Source: Minisyncoccota bacterium (GTDB lineage Bacteria > Patescibacteriota > Minisyncoccia > Phycocordibacterales > UBA2100). From it: DNA of 64,000 nt. Below, in pieces: positions 48,279 to 59,033 of this stretch. The notes below the pieces were generated by a model, which did no database searches, was not told the DNA's origin, and saw nothing but the letters and a program-made list of their open reading frames with translations. The stretch covers positions 125,945-189,944 of the forward strand of contig JAYWCB010000005.1 in assembly GCA_043780835.1 (NCBI GenBank), given 5' to 3'. The position numbers were made by a program, and so were the translations under genes. Every line of letters starts with the position of its first letter. Positions within the stretch are counted from its first letter, which is position 1.

Positions 48279-48854
48279 TTAGTGAGGAGCAAATCGGTGG
48301 TCGAACAGATGGGGCACGACTGCGCAACGAACTGCCCACGAAAGGAGTTCCGTCCGATCTATAGAGCCGCAGGAGAAGTACGCCATCGGATTTTTGTCAG
48401 GGGCACCTCGTTTCATAACCACGGTACCGAGTTCGCTCTGCCGTGCTTCGTGCGCGGCCCATTTCGGTATCGGGAATCCGGGACCGAAGCCGACGCTTTC
48501 TCGACCGTCGCGTGCAATTATTACGGCGATCGCGGGATCGAAAAAAAGATCCTGAATTTCCACAATGCCGCTCTCGAGCCCAAGACCGAAATCTGCGCGA
48601 ATGGCCAATTGCAGTGCAGTATTCGCTCGAGCACGGGCGCCCGACAGCATTTCATCGAATCCTTCGGGCTGATCTGCGACGCCGCTCTCAACGGTTTGTG
48701 GAAGAACCACGACTTCATAGTTGAAATGTCGGAAGCCCGTAATGACTGCCTTAATTTTGAGCGCACTTGTGCTTCCAAGTGCAACGACGCAACGTTTGCT
48801 GAATGTTTCCGACACAGTACCTCCACGGTTTGGAATGGACCCGCGCCGAATCAT
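48279..48854 (-). CDS. inosine/xanthosine triphosphatase-like (NTPase_I-T / YjjX family)
   Basis: VALGSTSALK..SGVADQPEG..ADFGLGLESG pattern; real start probably internal. Confidence 0.45.
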   Translation of the reverse strand: MIRRGSIPNRGGTVSETFSKRCVVALGSTSALKIKAVITGFRHFNYEVVVLPQTVESGVADQPEGFDEMLSGARARANTALQLAIRADFGLGLESGIVEIQDLFFDPAIAVIIARDGRESVGFGPGFPIPKWAAHEARQSELGTVVMKRGAPDKNPMAYFSCGSIDRTELLSWAVRCAVVPHLFDHRFAPH

Positions 48855-48887
48855 ACGTAGGGGTATCGAGGTGTCAACGATTCAAAT

Positions 48888-48925
48888 AAAAAGACCCGGA
48901 TTGCTTCGGGTCTTTTTATTTTGAG
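48888..48925 (-). terminator. rho-independent terminator downstream of rpsA
   Basis: AAAAAGACCCGG..CGGGTCTTTTTATTTT. Confidence 0.55.
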
Positions 48926-48936
48926 TCGTTTGTTTG

Positions 48937-50052
48937 TTAAACAACCGGCTTGAGTGTCATGCGACGCTCCTTCGGTTCGAAGAAGGTGATCGTAAACGGG
49001 TACACCTTGCCGAGTTCAAGTTTTGCGCGCAATTCGTCTTCGCTGCCGAATTCGGAGATATGCACCAAGCCTGCAACACCTTCCTCGATTGAGGCGAGCG
49101 CGCCGTGCTTGTTGTACTTGATAACCACGGCTTCCACCTGCTGATCCTTCTTGTACTTCGCCGCAGCTGCCTTCCATGGGTCATCCACGAGTGCCTTGAT
49201 AGAAAGTGACACCTTGTCGTCCTTTATTTCAATAACCTTCACTTTGACCGGTTCGCCAACCTTGTAGCGAGTCTTTGGGTTTTCAACGAGCGCCCAGTCC
49301 ATTTCAGAAATGTGCACGAGTCCTTCCAAGCTGTCCTCAAGCTTCACGAAGACGCCGAATTCAGTCGCACCGGTGACGACGCCGTCGAGGACGTCGTTTA
49401 CGTTGTACTTGCCAACGAGCGATGCGCGCTCAGATGTGCCTGCACCCTTTTCGGAGAAAATAAGCTTCTGCTCCTTGGGATTTGCGGTAATAACCATCAC
49501 TTCGAGCTTCGTGCCGATCATTTTCTTCAATTCAACGAAGATCTTGTCCTTATCGCCATCCGGAACACGAGGATAGTGTGCCGGTGAAAGCTGCGATGCG
49601 GGGAGAAAGCCCTGGATTCCATTCCAGCTGATGATGAGACCGCCTTTGTTTGCATCCGTGATAGGAAGCTCAAACACGGTCTTCTTCTGCGATGCCTGTT
49701 CGGCTTCGTTCCAGATAAGTGCCTGACGAGCTTCGCGGAGCGACAATTCAATGTAGCCCTCAACGTTTTCATTGCCGACGACCTTCGCGGTTACGAGATC
49801 GCCGATGTTGACGTTCTTGAGTGTCTCGCGTGCCGAGAGGTATTCGCGACCATAAATAATACCCGTCCCGAACGGGTGGAGATCGACGAATACGCGTGCG
49901 CGACCGATCGCAACGACCGGTCCTTCAACCACGTCGTCCATGACCGGTACCTTTGGTGCCGTCAAAAGCAGTTCCGCCATCGGACCCTTCTTTTCCTGTA
50001 CAACCTCGACGTCGGTATCCTCGACGTCTTTAACTACTTCTTTTTGAGCCAT
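48937..50052 (-). CDS. rpsA: 30S ribosomal protein S1 (short, 4 S1 domains)
   Basis: Repeated S1 OB-fold segments (GDLVTAKVVG.., GKYNVNDVLDGVVTG.., GEPVKVKVIEI..). Confidence 0.8.
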   Translation of the reverse strand: MAQKEVVKDVEDTDVEVVQEKKGPMAELLLTAPKVPVMDDVVEGPVVAIGRARVFVDLHPFGTGIIYGREYLSARETLKNVNIGDLVTAKVVGNENVEGYIELSLREARQALIWNEAEQASQKKTVFELPITDANKGGLIISWNGIQGFLPASQLSPAHYPRVPDGDKDKIFVELKKMIGTKLEVMVITANPKEQKLIFSEKGAGTSERASLVGKYNVNDVLDGVVTGATEFGVFVKLEDSLEGLVHISEMDWALVENPKTRYKVGEPVKVKVIEIKDDKVSLSIKALVDDPWKAAAAKYKKDQQVEAVVIKYNKHGALASIEEGVAGLVHISEFGSEDELRAKLELGKVYPFTITFFEPKERRMTLKPVV

Positions 50053-50219
50053 TGTGTTTGGTGGATACGGCGCTCCGCCCCTTACGCTACCGTGCCTTTC
50101 GGAGGGGGAGTATGAACCGTTTCCATTAACTAATAAATGGTCCGCACACTATATATAGAGCGAGACCGCTGTGCAAGGCTTGATGTAACGGTGACTGAGT
50201 CTGTGATAATATCGTCCTC

Positions 50220-50690
50220 ATGAAACGAGTGGCAGAACTGCAGGAAAAGGTAGGGAAACAAGCAGGGGGATTTTTCAGTGAATTTTGGGCCTTTGCCGCA
50301 AAAGGGAATGTATTTGATCTCGCGGTTGCGGTGATTTTGGGCAATGCATTCGGTGCGGTCGTCAATTCATTTGTGGCGGATGTGGCAATGCCGTTACTTT
50401 CTATCGCAACGGGCAATCTGCAGGATCTGAGCGGGCTCAAATACACCTCGCCCGGCGCACGTGTCGTCATAAGCTACGGACACTTGCTTCAAGTGTTCAT
50501 CAACTTTATCGTGATTGCGCTTTCGATTTTTGCGATGTTTAAACTCATCACCGGCGTTCGAGCGCGTCTTGCCCGAAAAGAAGAGGCAAATCCGGAAACA
50601 AAGCCAGAACCGACAGAAGATCAGAAAATTCTCATAGAGATCCGTGATGCGCTCATGCAGCATCTTGATTCGCATCACCGCGAGTCCTAA
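50220..50690 (+). CDS. mscL: large-conductance mechanosensitive channel
   Basis: EFWAFAAKGNVFDLAVAVILGNAFGAVVNSFVADVAMPLL. Confidence 0.85.
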   Translation: MKRVAELQEKVGKQAGGFFSEFWAFAAKGNVFDLAVAVILGNAFGAVVNSFVADVAMPLLSIATGNLQDLSGLKYTSPGARVVISYGHLLQVFINFIVIALSIFAMFKLITGVRARLARKEEANPETKPEPTEDQKILIEIRDALMQHLDSHHRES

Positions 50691-50743
50691 AAGGAAAATT
50701 CCCGAGAACGAGTCCCGGGAATTTATTTGTGTGCATCGGAACG

Positions 50744-51082
50744 TCAGTTCCGGTTGGTGTGCGCGATCGCGGTCGGTTCGGCGTATTCAGGTATATACAC
50801 GGTGCGTCGTACGACCGTAACACCGTCTTCCGATTTCAGTCGGGATTGCTTCTCGCGAAGCAGCGGTTCGACCGTATCGGGATAAAATGCGATTTCACAG
50901 AGTGAGATTGCTTCTGCTTGATCGTGAGCATCGATCGACGCGCGAAGTGCCATGATCGAGCCTGTGGAAGTTGCGAACAATTTCCAACAGGCGTAGGTCC
51001 GCTCTCCGTCCTCAACAGCGTGTGCCGCCAAGGGAAGAAGTGCGGTAAGCGTTACTCCCAACAGTAGTTTTTTCATTTTCAT
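50744..51082 (-). CDS. small secreted hypothetical protein
   Basis: Signal peptide MKMKKLLLGVTLTALLPLAAHA. Confidence 0.45.
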   Translation of the reverse strand: MKMKKLLLGVTLTALLPLAAHAVEDGERTYACWKLFATSTGSIMALRASIDAHDQAEAISLCEIAFYPDTVEPLLREKQSRLKSEDGVTVVRRTVYIPEYAEPTAIAHTNRN

Positions 51083-51234
51083 TACCCCAAGAGTGCCACC
51101 CATGGGACTTATCCTGTCATCCGGTGGTGGAGAACAGGTACTAGGCTACACGGTAGGACTTAATGGCACGCTTGTCAACTATGTATTGGATGTACAGATA
51201 CGTTGCCACGAAGGTTTCTGTTATACTGCGGCGC

Positions 51235-51855
51235 ATGATTTTGACATTCCACGACGGCGCATGCATTCGCGCGAGCGCAGGAGACACTGCGATTGTATTC
51301 AGTCCTATTTCAAAGCAGTCGAAAAATTACAAGCCGACAAACTTTGGTGCCGATGTTGCATTCATATCGCTCAATCACCCAGACATGAACGGGTCCGAAG
51401 AAGCCGGACGTGGCGAAAAACAGCCGTTTGTCGTTTCGGGTCCGGGCGAATACGAGGTGAAAGAAATTACAGCATCCGGATATCCAGCCGGTTCTATGTA
51501 TAGAGGTGAAGGTCGCATCAATACCGTGTACTCGATTCACTTTGATGGAATTTCAGTTTTGTACTTGGGTGCGCTTGGCGATATGGACCTCCCCTCAGAA
51601 GTGCTGGAAATGGATTCGCCCGATATTTTGATAATTCCAATTGGTGGCGAGGGCACATTGAATGCCGCAGAGGCGGAGAAGCTTGGGGTAAAACTCGAAG
51701 CAAAAATTGTGATTCCTATTTTGTACGACGAAAAAACGCTCAAAACGTTCCTGAAGGAAGCGGGGTCTGAGAGCGTAAAGCCGGTGGATAAATTGACCAT
51801 CAAGCCGCGCGATATCGCAGGTAAACAGGGAGAGGTGGTCGTTCTGTCAGCATAA
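51235..51855 (+). CDS. MBL-fold metal-dependent hydrolase (Lactamase_B_3-like)
   Basis: Internal Met of table ORF 51163..51855; LTFHDGACIRA..AFISLNHPDMNG..ILIIPIGG pattern. Confidence 0.5.
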   Translation: MILTFHDGACIRASAGDTAIVFSPISKQSKNYKPTNFGADVAFISLNHPDMNGSEEAGRGEKQPFVVSGPGEYEVKEITASGYPAGSMYRGEGRINTVYSIHFDGISVLYLGALGDMDLPSEVLEMDSPDILIIPIGGEGTLNAAEAEKLGVKLEAKIVIPILYDEKTLKTFLKEAGSESVKPVDKLTIKPRDIAGKQGEVVVLSA

Positions 51856-51907
51856 TGGCAGCATAACTGCTTAGTTTGTCGCTCAGTTGGGTGCATAATA
51901 GACATAT

Positions 51908-52234
51908 ATGGTTGTTCAGCGGACACTCGCAAAGATTGAAGAGCTCAAAGAGCGACCGCATCACGAACGTCGTACGATCGCGCTGTATTGGGCGGTCGGA
52001 ATCGTCGCAGTGCTCATCGTTTTCTGGGGATTTTTTGCAGTTCGCACAATCGGCCGCACAGCAATTGAATTAACGCGCCAACAAAATATACCGAAGTCGT
52101 ACGCTGAAACCGCCTCCGCAGCTGCTGCGGATAGTGTAATGCTCGGTGCGCCACCCGAACTCACTGCAAGCTCTACAAATGGATATATAGATCTGATTCC
52201 AGCGTCTCAGTCTGCACCCCACGCGGCGAAATAA
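51908..52234 (+). CDS. hypothetical membrane protein
   Basis: One TM, Ala-rich tail. Confidence 0.35.
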   Translation: MVVQRTLAKIEELKERPHHERRTIALYWAVGIVAVLIVFWGFFAVRTIGRTAIELTRQQNIPKSYAETASAAAADSVMLGAPPELTASSTNGYIDLIPASQSAPHAAK

Positions 52235-52376
52235 TTGACCGGACACGGTAAGAGGGCGCTCCATCGCTGAGACCGCGCGCACGCGATTCACACCTGACAC
52301 GTCGCGTTAAATAAGGGTTTTTCAGACATTTCTTTACTGGCACAGAGGCTTCATTCTTGATACACTTCTCCAACTT

Positions 52377-54887
52377 ATGGCGCGCGCAAAAAAAGATGAA
52401 ATCCCTTCAGATGATAAGGGTGCAGTTCCGGCAGTGCATCAAAACGTAATTCCACGATCAATCACGGTAGAAATGCGCGAATCGTATCTCGATTACGCAA
52501 TGACTGTGATCACCGGTCGTGCGCTTCCTGATGTGCGTGACGGATTCAAGCCCGTGCACCGTCGCATTATGTATGCCATGCAAGAAGCCGGACTGACTGC
52601 CAACGCGAAAACCCGTAAGTCTGCAACAGTGGTAGGAGATGTGCTTGGTAAATACCACCCGCACGGCGACGCCTCGGTGTACGATGCGATGGTGAAAATG
52701 GCACAGGATTTTTCTATGCGATATCCGCTGGTGATCGGTCAGGGTAACTTCGGATCAATCGACGGTGATGGCGCGGCAGCTTATCGTTACACTGAAGCAA
52801 AAATGTCGCGCATCGGCGGGGAAATGCTTCGCGATATCGATAAAGATACAGTGGATTTCCGCCCGAACTACGACAACACGAAGCAAGAACCAACCGTGCT
52901 TCCGACAACCATTCCGAACTTGCTGCTCAACGGCACACTCGGCATCGCGGTCGGTATGGCATCAAACATTGCGCCGCATAATTTGCGCGAAGTGGGCGGT
53001 GCGGCAATCCATATGATTGAGCACCCCGATGCAACAACCGAAGACCTGCTGCAATTCGTTCAAGGGCCGGATTTCCCAACCGGATGCATTGCATTCAATA
53101 AGCGCGACATTGTGCAGGCATATACGACGGGTCGCGGGCCGGTTGTGGTGCGTGGTAATGCGGAAATCGTTGAGGGCAAAAAAGGTGATTACCAAATCGT
53201 CGTGACCTCGATTCCGTATCGCGTCGTGAAATCTGATCTCATCATAAAGATCGCTGACTTAGTACAGGAGAAAAAGCTCGAGGGCATCCGCGACATTCGT
53301 GATGAATCCACAAAAGACATTCGCATTGTCATCGAGCTCAAAAACAACGCTAACGCGCAGACTGTGCTCAACTACCTCTACAAGCACACGCAGCTCGAAG
53401 ACACATTCCACTACAATATGGTGGCGCTTGTTGACGGCGTGCCTCAAACGCTCTCGCTCAAGGCGATGCTTGAGTACTACATCGCGCACCGCAAAGAAGT
53501 GGTCACGCGTCGTACGAAGTACGATCTGCGTATTGCAGAGGCGCGCGAACACATACTGCTGGGTCTCAAAAAAGCGCTCGATCACCTCGACGAGATCATT
53601 TCACTGATTCGTAAATCAAAGACAGTGGACGATGCGCGTCTGGGCCTGATGAAAACATTTAAGTTTTCTGAACTGCAGGCACAGGCCATTCTTGATCTGC
53701 GTTTGCAGCGTCTCGCCGCACTCGAACGACAAAAGATTGAAGACGAGCTCAAAGAAGTCCAGGCGCTCATCGAAGAATTGCGCGCGCTCCTCAAGAGCGA
53801 AAAGAAGCTGATGGATCTGATCAAGAAGGAGATTAATGAGGTTGTCGAAAAATACGGTGACGACCGACGCACCAAGATAATGAAAGGCGGAGCAACGATA
53901 CTCTCTGCAGAAGATCTCGTTGCAGACGATGAGTCGGTGCTTGTACTCACCTCCGGCGGGTACATTAAGCGCACGAATCCAAGTGAATACCGTCGACAGA
54001 AGCGCGGCGGTGTGGGGGTGGTTGATTTGGATACAAAAGAAGAGGATTTTGTGACGCAGTTTTTGACCGCGAGCGCGCATTCCGATCTTTTGTTTTTTTC
54101 AGACCGTGGCAAAGCGTATCAACTCAAAATGTATGAACTACCCGAAGGCAAGCGCGCAACAAAAGGGAAATCTATCATGAATTTCTTGTCGCTGGAGCAA
54201 GGTGAGCAGATCACATCCATTTTGGCGATGCCGAAAGAAAAAAAGGCAGCCGACGATCTTTCCCTCATTATGGCCACACAAAACGGTACGGTGAAGCGTG
54301 TAGCCGCGAGCAATTTCAAAGAAGTGCGACGATCCGGCCTCATTGCGATCGGACTCGATAAGGGCGACTCATTGATTACAGCGGAATTTGTACGTAAGGG
54401 CGATGATGCATTGCTTGTAACTGCCAAAGGTCAATCCATTCGCTTTGCGACCGACGACGTGCGAGAAATGGGACGGCAAGCTGCGGGCGTGCGCGGCATG
54501 AAGCTCGCGGCGGGCGACACAATTGTGGGTGCTGGCGTAATTCCACACGGTTCAAAAGACGCAGCGTTGCTCGTGATCTCCTCGTCCGGGTACGGCAAGA
54601 AAACAAAGCTCTCTGAATACAAAACGCAGGGTCGCGGTGGCAGCGGTATCAAGACCATGTCGATCACGGCAAAAACCAAACAGCTCGTCGGCGGGTACGT
54701 GCTTGTTAAAAAAGGCGGTGAACTCGTAGCGATGTCAAAAAAGTCACAAACAATTCGTACCGGACTGGACGAAATTCCTACACTTTCTCGCGCGACACAG
54801 GGAGTGCGTGTTATGAAAATGCGAGATACAGACACGGTGGCATCGTTCGTTGTGTTTGAAGCAGACGACACGGACGTGGCTGAGTAA
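52377..54887 (+). CDS. gyrA: DNA gyrase subunit A
   Basis: [11 protein letters not shown] active-site Tyr region, GyrA box, C-terminal beta-pinwheel repeats. Confidence 0.92.
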   Translation: MARAKKDEIPSDDKGAVPAVHQNVIPRSITVEMRESYLDYAMTVITGRALPDVRDGFKPVHRRIMYAMQEAGLTANAKTRKSATVVGDVLGKYHPHGDASVYDAMVKMAQDFSMRYPLVIGQGNFGSIDGDGAAAYRYTEAKMSRIGGEMLRDIDKDTVDFRPNYDNTKQEPTVLPTTIPNLLLNGTLGIAVGMASNIAPHNLREVGGAAIHMIEHPDATTEDLLQFVQGPDFPTGCIAFNKRDIVQAYTTGRGPVVVRGNAEIVEGKKGDYQIVVTSIPYRVVKSDLIIKIADLVQEKKLEGIRDIRDESTKDIRIVIELKNNANAQTVLNYLYKHTQLEDTFHYNMVALVDGVPQTLSLKAMLEYYIAHRKEVVTRRTKYDLRIAEAREHILLGLKKALDHLDEIISLIRKSKTVDDARLGLMKTFKFSELQAQAILDLRLQRLAALERQKIEDELKEVQALIEELRALLKSEKKLMDLIKKEINEVVEKYGDDRRTKIMKGGATILSAEDLVADDESVLVLTSGGYIKRTNPSEYRRQKRGGVGVVDLDTKEEDFVTQFLTASAHSDLLFFSDRGKAYQLKMYELPEGKRATKGKSIMNFLSLEQGEQITSILAMPKEKKAADDLSLIMATQNGTVKRVAASNFKEVRRSGLIAIGLDKGDSLITAEFVRKGDDALLVTAKGQSIRFATDDVREMGRQAAGVRGMKLAAGDTIVGAGVIPHGSKDAALLVISSSGYGKKTKLSEYKTQGRGGSGIKTMSITAKTKQLVGGYVLVKKGGELVAMSKKSQTIRTGLDEIPTLSRATQGVRVMKMRDTDTVASFVVFEADDTDVAE

Positions 54888-54973
54888 GTCATCCCCATCA
54901 ACTCCTGTAACTTGAGGATACCGTCATTTTGTGACGGTATACTTATACATAATGACGAATCCGTTCATCGCGT

Positions 54974-55609
54974 TTGAGATATGCGCGGGATGCCAGGAGG
55001 ATTCGTATTTTTGATATGACCCATACCAATACCAACGAGCCCGATGTCCGCTCTCATGGGGCGAGGACGGCTAATTTTGCGCATCCTTTGCGCAACGTCG
55101 CCGCTATGGAAATAGAACCTGGCATGATTGTTGCTGACTTTGGATCCGGTTCGGGTGCATACGTGCTCGCCATTGCTGAGCGGCTTGCGCACGCGGGTCA
55201 TGTGTACGCAATTGATGTGCAGCAAGATTTGCTTCGACGAATCAAGAATGACTCGCACAAACGCGGATACAAAAACGTGGAAATTGTGTGGTCCGATTTA
55301 GATCGGCCCTATGGTTCAAAACTTGCCGATGCGCACGTGGATCGCGTACTGATTTCCAATCTTCTTTTTCAATTGGACGATAAAAACGTGATTATGAGCG
55401 AAGCGTATCGAATTCTCAAACCGCACGGCCTGCTTGTAATCGTAGATTGGAGCGAATCATTTGGTGGACTCGGTCCGCAGAAAAAAAGCGTTGTGAACAA
55501 AGATGCGGCGAGTGTGCTTGTGCACAAGGCAGGGTTTGAATCGTTGCGCGATTTCGATGCCGGTGCGCACCATTACGGATTAATTGCGCTTAAACCCGCG
55601 CACGTATGA
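54974..55609 (+). CDS. class I SAM-dependent methyltransferase
   Basis: Motif I VADFGSGSGAY; start uncertain (Met1 or Met15). Confidence 0.65.
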   Translation: MRYARDARRIRIFDMTHTNTNEPDVRSHGARTANFAHPLRNVAAMEIEPGMIVADFGSGSGAYVLAIAERLAHAGHVYAIDVQQDLLRRIKNDSHKRGYKNVEIVWSDLDRPYGSKLADAHVDRVLISNLLFQLDDKNVIMSEAYRILKPHGLLVIVDWSESFGGLGPQKKSVVNKDAASVLVHKAGFESLRDFDAGAHHYGLIALKPAHV

Positions 55610-56940
55610 AAGGCGGCGTATCGATGTTTCAGGTCATCTTGCTCTGCGTATTCGGGGCATGCGCAATCGCGGGAGTGCTTATCTTTGCGCTCGCCGTTGG
55701 AAAAGGAAATGCAAACACCATAGGCAGTGTAGTGATTTGGGGGACACTTGATGAAAACACTTTTACCGATATTTTGCGCTCCGCGAGCGACGAGAACCCA
55801 TCTCTCTTGGGGGTCACGTACATTCAAAAAGATGGGGACTCCTACCTCTCGGATATCACCAATGCACTCGCGAGCGGAAAAGGTCCGGATCTTTTAATAC
55901 TGCGGCAAGACGACGCGCTGACGCAAGAATCGCGTCTGGTTAAAATTCCGTATACGGAACTCACCTTACAGGATTTTAAATCACGTTTTGTCGAAGCAGC
56001 ATCTCCATTTCTTACCACCGACGGTATTCTTGGAATTCCGATCCTCGTTGATCCACTGATATTGTATTGGAACAAAGATATGCTCAATACCGCGGGCTAC
56101 GCTGACGCGCCCCAGTACTGGGACGAAGTGCAGGACATGGCTCAAAAAATAACAAAACGCACGGAAAGCGGCGTCATCACGAAAGAGACCATTCCGTTCG
56201 GACAATACAAAAACGTAAATAACGCAAAAGAAATTCTCTCGATGCTCGTCATGCAGGCGGGCGGTGAGATTACAACGCGTGATTCGGACGGTGTATTACA
56301 GGCGGCACTCGCGCCATCGCAAGCTAATGTGGCTCAGGCATCGCTGGCGGCACTTCGTTTTTACACGGAATTCGCTGATCCGGCAAAGCCCGGCTACTCA
56401 TGGAATGCCTCACTCCCTGAGGCGCGCAAGGCATTTATTGCAGGGGACCTTGCGCTCTATGTCGGACTGGTCAGTGAGCGACCTCTGATTGCCGCCGCGA
56501 ATCCCAACCTCAATTTTGGCGTCGCGCGCGTTCCACAACGGCGAAGCGTACAGGCAGCGATTGATTCCGGATATACCTACGCTTTTGCGATTCCGCGCAC
56601 GAGTAAAAATGCGGGTGGCGCCAGAGCCGTCGCCTACTTACTTGCTGCACCCAATATTGCATTCTCCATCTCAAAGCGCTTTCAAATCCCAACTGCACGA
56701 ATAGACGTGATTAAACTCGCAACGACCACCGATTTGGGATTTTATAACAAACAGGCGATCCTCGTACGTTCATGGACTGATCCCAATCCTGCCCAGACCA
56801 GCGAAATTTTTCGAGCTATGATTGAAGACACGGTCTCCGGATCGTTCTTGCTCGGCGAAGCCGTGCAGCGTGCTGATCGGCAAATCGCAGCCCTCCTCGA
56901 GGCATATAACCAAGCTAAAAATCAAGAGCAAATACAATGA
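55606..56940 (+). CDS. membrane-anchored extracellular solute-binding-protein-like protein (family 1)
   Basis: N-terminal TM, ~400-aa periplasmic alpha/beta domain; no adjacent ABC permease/ATPase. Confidence 0.4.
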   Translation: MKGGVSMFQVILLCVFGACAIAGVLIFALAVGKGNANTIGSVVIWGTLDENTFTDILRSASDENPSLLGVTYIQKDGDSYLSDITNALASGKGPDLLILRQDDALTQESRLVKIPYTELTLQDFKSRFVEAASPFLTTDGILGIPILVDPLILYWNKDMLNTAGYADAPQYWDEVQDMAQKITKRTESGVITKETIPFGQYKNVNNAKEILSMLVMQAGGEITTRDSDGVLQAALAPSQANVAQASLAALRFYTEFADPAKPGYSWNASLPEARKAFIAGDLALYVGLVSERPLIAAANPNLNFGVARVPQRRSVQAAIDSGYTYAFAIPRTSKNAGGARAVAYLLAAPNIAFSISKRFQIPTARIDVIKLATTTDLGFYNKQAILVRSWTDPNPAQTSEIFRAMIEDTVSGSFLLGEAVQRADRQIAALLEAYNQAKNQEQIQ

Positions 56941-57308
56941 TCAACTTTCGACGATTTCTCTCATACGTACTCCCTGGGGTCGTACTTTGGTTCGCTGTCT
57001 TTGATGTCGCCTTTGCGGCATGCCCAGGCGGAGGCGGCGGTTTGTGCAATCCGCTGAGTGATAGCGTCAGTACCATTCCGCAGTTTATTTCCGGTGCGTT
57101 AAAGGTGATGGTGATGGTGGCGCTTCCGATCATTACACTGTTTATGGTGTATTCGGGTTTTCTTTTTGTGTTTGCGCAGGGGAATCAGGAACAGCTCGCA
57201 AAAGCAAAAACAAATTTCGTTTACGTGGTTATCGGCTCGATTTTGATTCTTGGCGCATGGGTCTTTGCCTCGCTCATTGGAGGCACTATTTCGCAATTGA
57301 CGGCTTAA
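56937..57308 (+). CDS. TrbC/VirB2-like pilin-family small membrane protein, paralog 1
   Basis: Signal peptide, Cys pair (CPGGGGGLCNPL), two TM helices. Confidence 0.4.
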   Translation: MINFRRFLSYVLPGVVLWFAVFDVAFAACPGGGGGLCNPLSDSVSTIPQFISGALKVMVMVALPIITLFMVYSGFLFVFAQGNQEQLAKAKTNFVYVVIGSILILGAWVFASLIGGTISQLTA

Positions 57309-57309
57309 T

Positions 57310-57687
57310 ATGAAACACGCTCTGCGAATTGCGCCATTCATAGTGCTTATGCTCCCGTTCGTAGCGCTTGCTGCTGTGCCGACAACATTGAAAGATCTTG
57401 TAGGATCAATAGTCAATCTCCTCAATCAAGCGACAACGGCGCTTGTTGCAACCGCCCTCGTCGCCTTTTTATACGGCGCGGCATACAATATGCTGAAAGC
57501 AGGCGAGCGTGGCTCGGGTGCGCTTCGACAATTCCTTGTGTGGGGCGTCATTATTCTCTTCGTCATGGTTTCGATTTGGGGAATTCTCAATGTGCTGCAG
57601 CAAACGTTATTTGGAGCCGGCGGTAGCGGCGCCTCGGGTGGTTCATCGTCGCGTTCATCTGACTCGTCAAACATTCAAATTAATTAA
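57310..57687 (+). CDS. pilin-like small membrane protein, paralog 2
   Basis: Signal peptide + 2 TM; VMVSIWGILNVLQQTLFG; Gly/Ser-rich tail. Confidence 0.4.
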   Translation: MKHALRIAPFIVLMLPFVALAAVPTTLKDLVGSIVNLLNQATTALVATALVAFLYGAAYNMLKAGERGSGALRQFLVWGVIILFVMVSIWGILNVLQQTLFGAGGSGASGGSSSRSSDSSNIQIN

Positions 57688-57694
57688 TGCACGT

Positions 57695-58021
57695 ATGGGA
57701 CTCACCACTGTCGTTGCGTTGTTCAATATCATCGTCGGATTGATGCTCGTTTTCTCGATACTACTTGTCGGCGGAGGACTGATGCAGTGGTATGTTCGTC
57801 TCGGGACCTATCCCACCTATCGCGACGAATCCATCGACATGATGCAGTGGGGAGTCGCCGTCTTGTTTGTGCTTACGGTGCTGCTTGGTATTGCGCAATT
57901 TGTGCAAACACACATGGCGGCGTCGATGTTTGCTATCGGCGCAGTTATCGCCGCCGTGGTTGTATATTTTGTCGCTACGACCCTGCTTGCAGGCGGAGGC
58001 CGCGAAGAAGAGGAGCATTAA
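57695..58021 (+). CDS. pilin-like small membrane protein, paralog 3
   Basis: Internal Met of table ORF 57509..58021; 2-3 TM; acidic REEEEH tail. Confidence 0.35.
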   Translation: MGLTTVVALFNIIVGLMLVFSILLVGGGLMQWYVRLGTYPTYRDESIDMMQWGVAVLFVLTVLLGIAQFVQTHMAASMFAIGAVIAAVVVYFVATTLLAGGGREEEEH

Positions 58022-58114
58022 AAGCTATCCACATTCGTGCTGTAGAGGCCTTGTACTCGGCCGCACAGAAGATACGATTGATGAACTAGTACTAAACGTC
58101 ATTTTCATTATTTT

Positions 58115-58498
58115 ATGCGCGCAAAGCTTACTCGGATTTCATTGCAACTCGGCACAACAGCAGCAACCATCGCGTTTGTGGGCCTACCATCTATCGTAGC
58201 GGCGCAGCAAACTGCGGCACAAGGACTTTTGGGTACGCTCGCGCTCGCCAACCGTATCCTCAATGGCATGGTCGGTCTCCTCATTCTCGTGGCGATCCTC
58301 GCGTTCTTCTGGGGCTTGGTCAAATACTTGTTCTCCGGCGGTGGTGAAGACAAGTCAGAGGGTCTCAAACTGATGTTCTACGGCGTTATCGCCATCTTCG
58401 TGATGGTTTCGATTTGGGGCATCATACGTCTGCTTCAGAACACGTTCGGCGTCACACAAAACACCTCAATCACGCCAGACGGCATTCGATCGTTCTAA
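58115..58498 (+). CDS. pilin-like small membrane protein, paralog 4
   Basis: Signal peptide + 2 TM; VMVSIWGIIRLLQNTFG. Confidence 0.4.
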   Translation: MRAKLTRISLQLGTTAATIAFVGLPSIVAAQQTAAQGLLGTLALANRILNGMVGLLILVAILAFFWGLVKYLFSGGGEDKSEGLKLMFYGVIAIFVMVSIWGIIRLLQNTFGVTQNTSITPDGIRSF

Positions 58499-58521
58499 GC
58501 TCGCGCTAATCTTGCGAGTGT

Positions 58522-58827
58522 ATGCAAACTGCATCCGTCATTGTGAATCGGCTGGTTGATCTCATCATCAACCCGCTGATTCTTTTGGTGTTTGCAGGGG
58601 GTTTCTTCTTCTTTATGTACGGACTGGTCAATTTTCTATGGAATTCGCGCGAAGGGGAAATCGCAACTGAGGGAAAACAACACATGCTGTGGGGAGTGGT
58701 GGGCATGTTCATTATGGTCTCTGTGTACGGGATCATTACCATCATTACCGGCACATTCGGGATCAATGGTCAGAATGCTACCGACACGAGCAATGCCGGG
58801 AGTTACAGCAACATTCAGTTTAAGTAA
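58522..58827 (+). CDS. pilin-like small membrane protein, paralog 5
   Basis: 2 TM; IMVSVYGIITIITGTFG. Confidence 0.4.
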   Translation: MQTASVIVNRLVDLIINPLILLVFAGGFFFFMYGLVNFLWNSREGEIATEGKQHMLWGVVGMFIMVSVYGIITIITGTFGINGQNATDTSNAGSYSNIQFK

Positions 58828-58989
58828 AGACTCGGTCATGCGCTCAAAAGTTTTTAATGTACCGCGCAGGGAAAGACTCGGTCACAGATAATTTCTTCGC
58901 CGCCGCTCGGAAATTTCCGCGACCCCGACTCGCGGTTCGGCCTGCTAGCCTCACATCCGCTCCGTCCTTCGAGTCTCCCTCCGCCCTCC

Positions 58990-59030
58990 AAAAAGCAAAA
59001 ACCGACGCTGCGCGTCGGCCTCTGCTTTTT
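58990..59030. terminator. bidirectional terminator (pilin array on + / tRNA-Leu on -)
   Basis: CCGACGC-tgc-GCGTCGG flanked by A-run and T-run. Confidence 0.55.
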
Positions 59031-59033
59031 CTG

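Noticed and set aside
48234-48860. 208-aa plus ORF
   Set aside because: It overlaps the NTPase-like gene on the opposite strand. It starts inside a REP-like palindrome. It is Cys/Arg-rich with no domain.
53582-54112. 176-aa and 154-aa minus ORFs inside gyrA
   Set aside because: They are antisense to gyrA.
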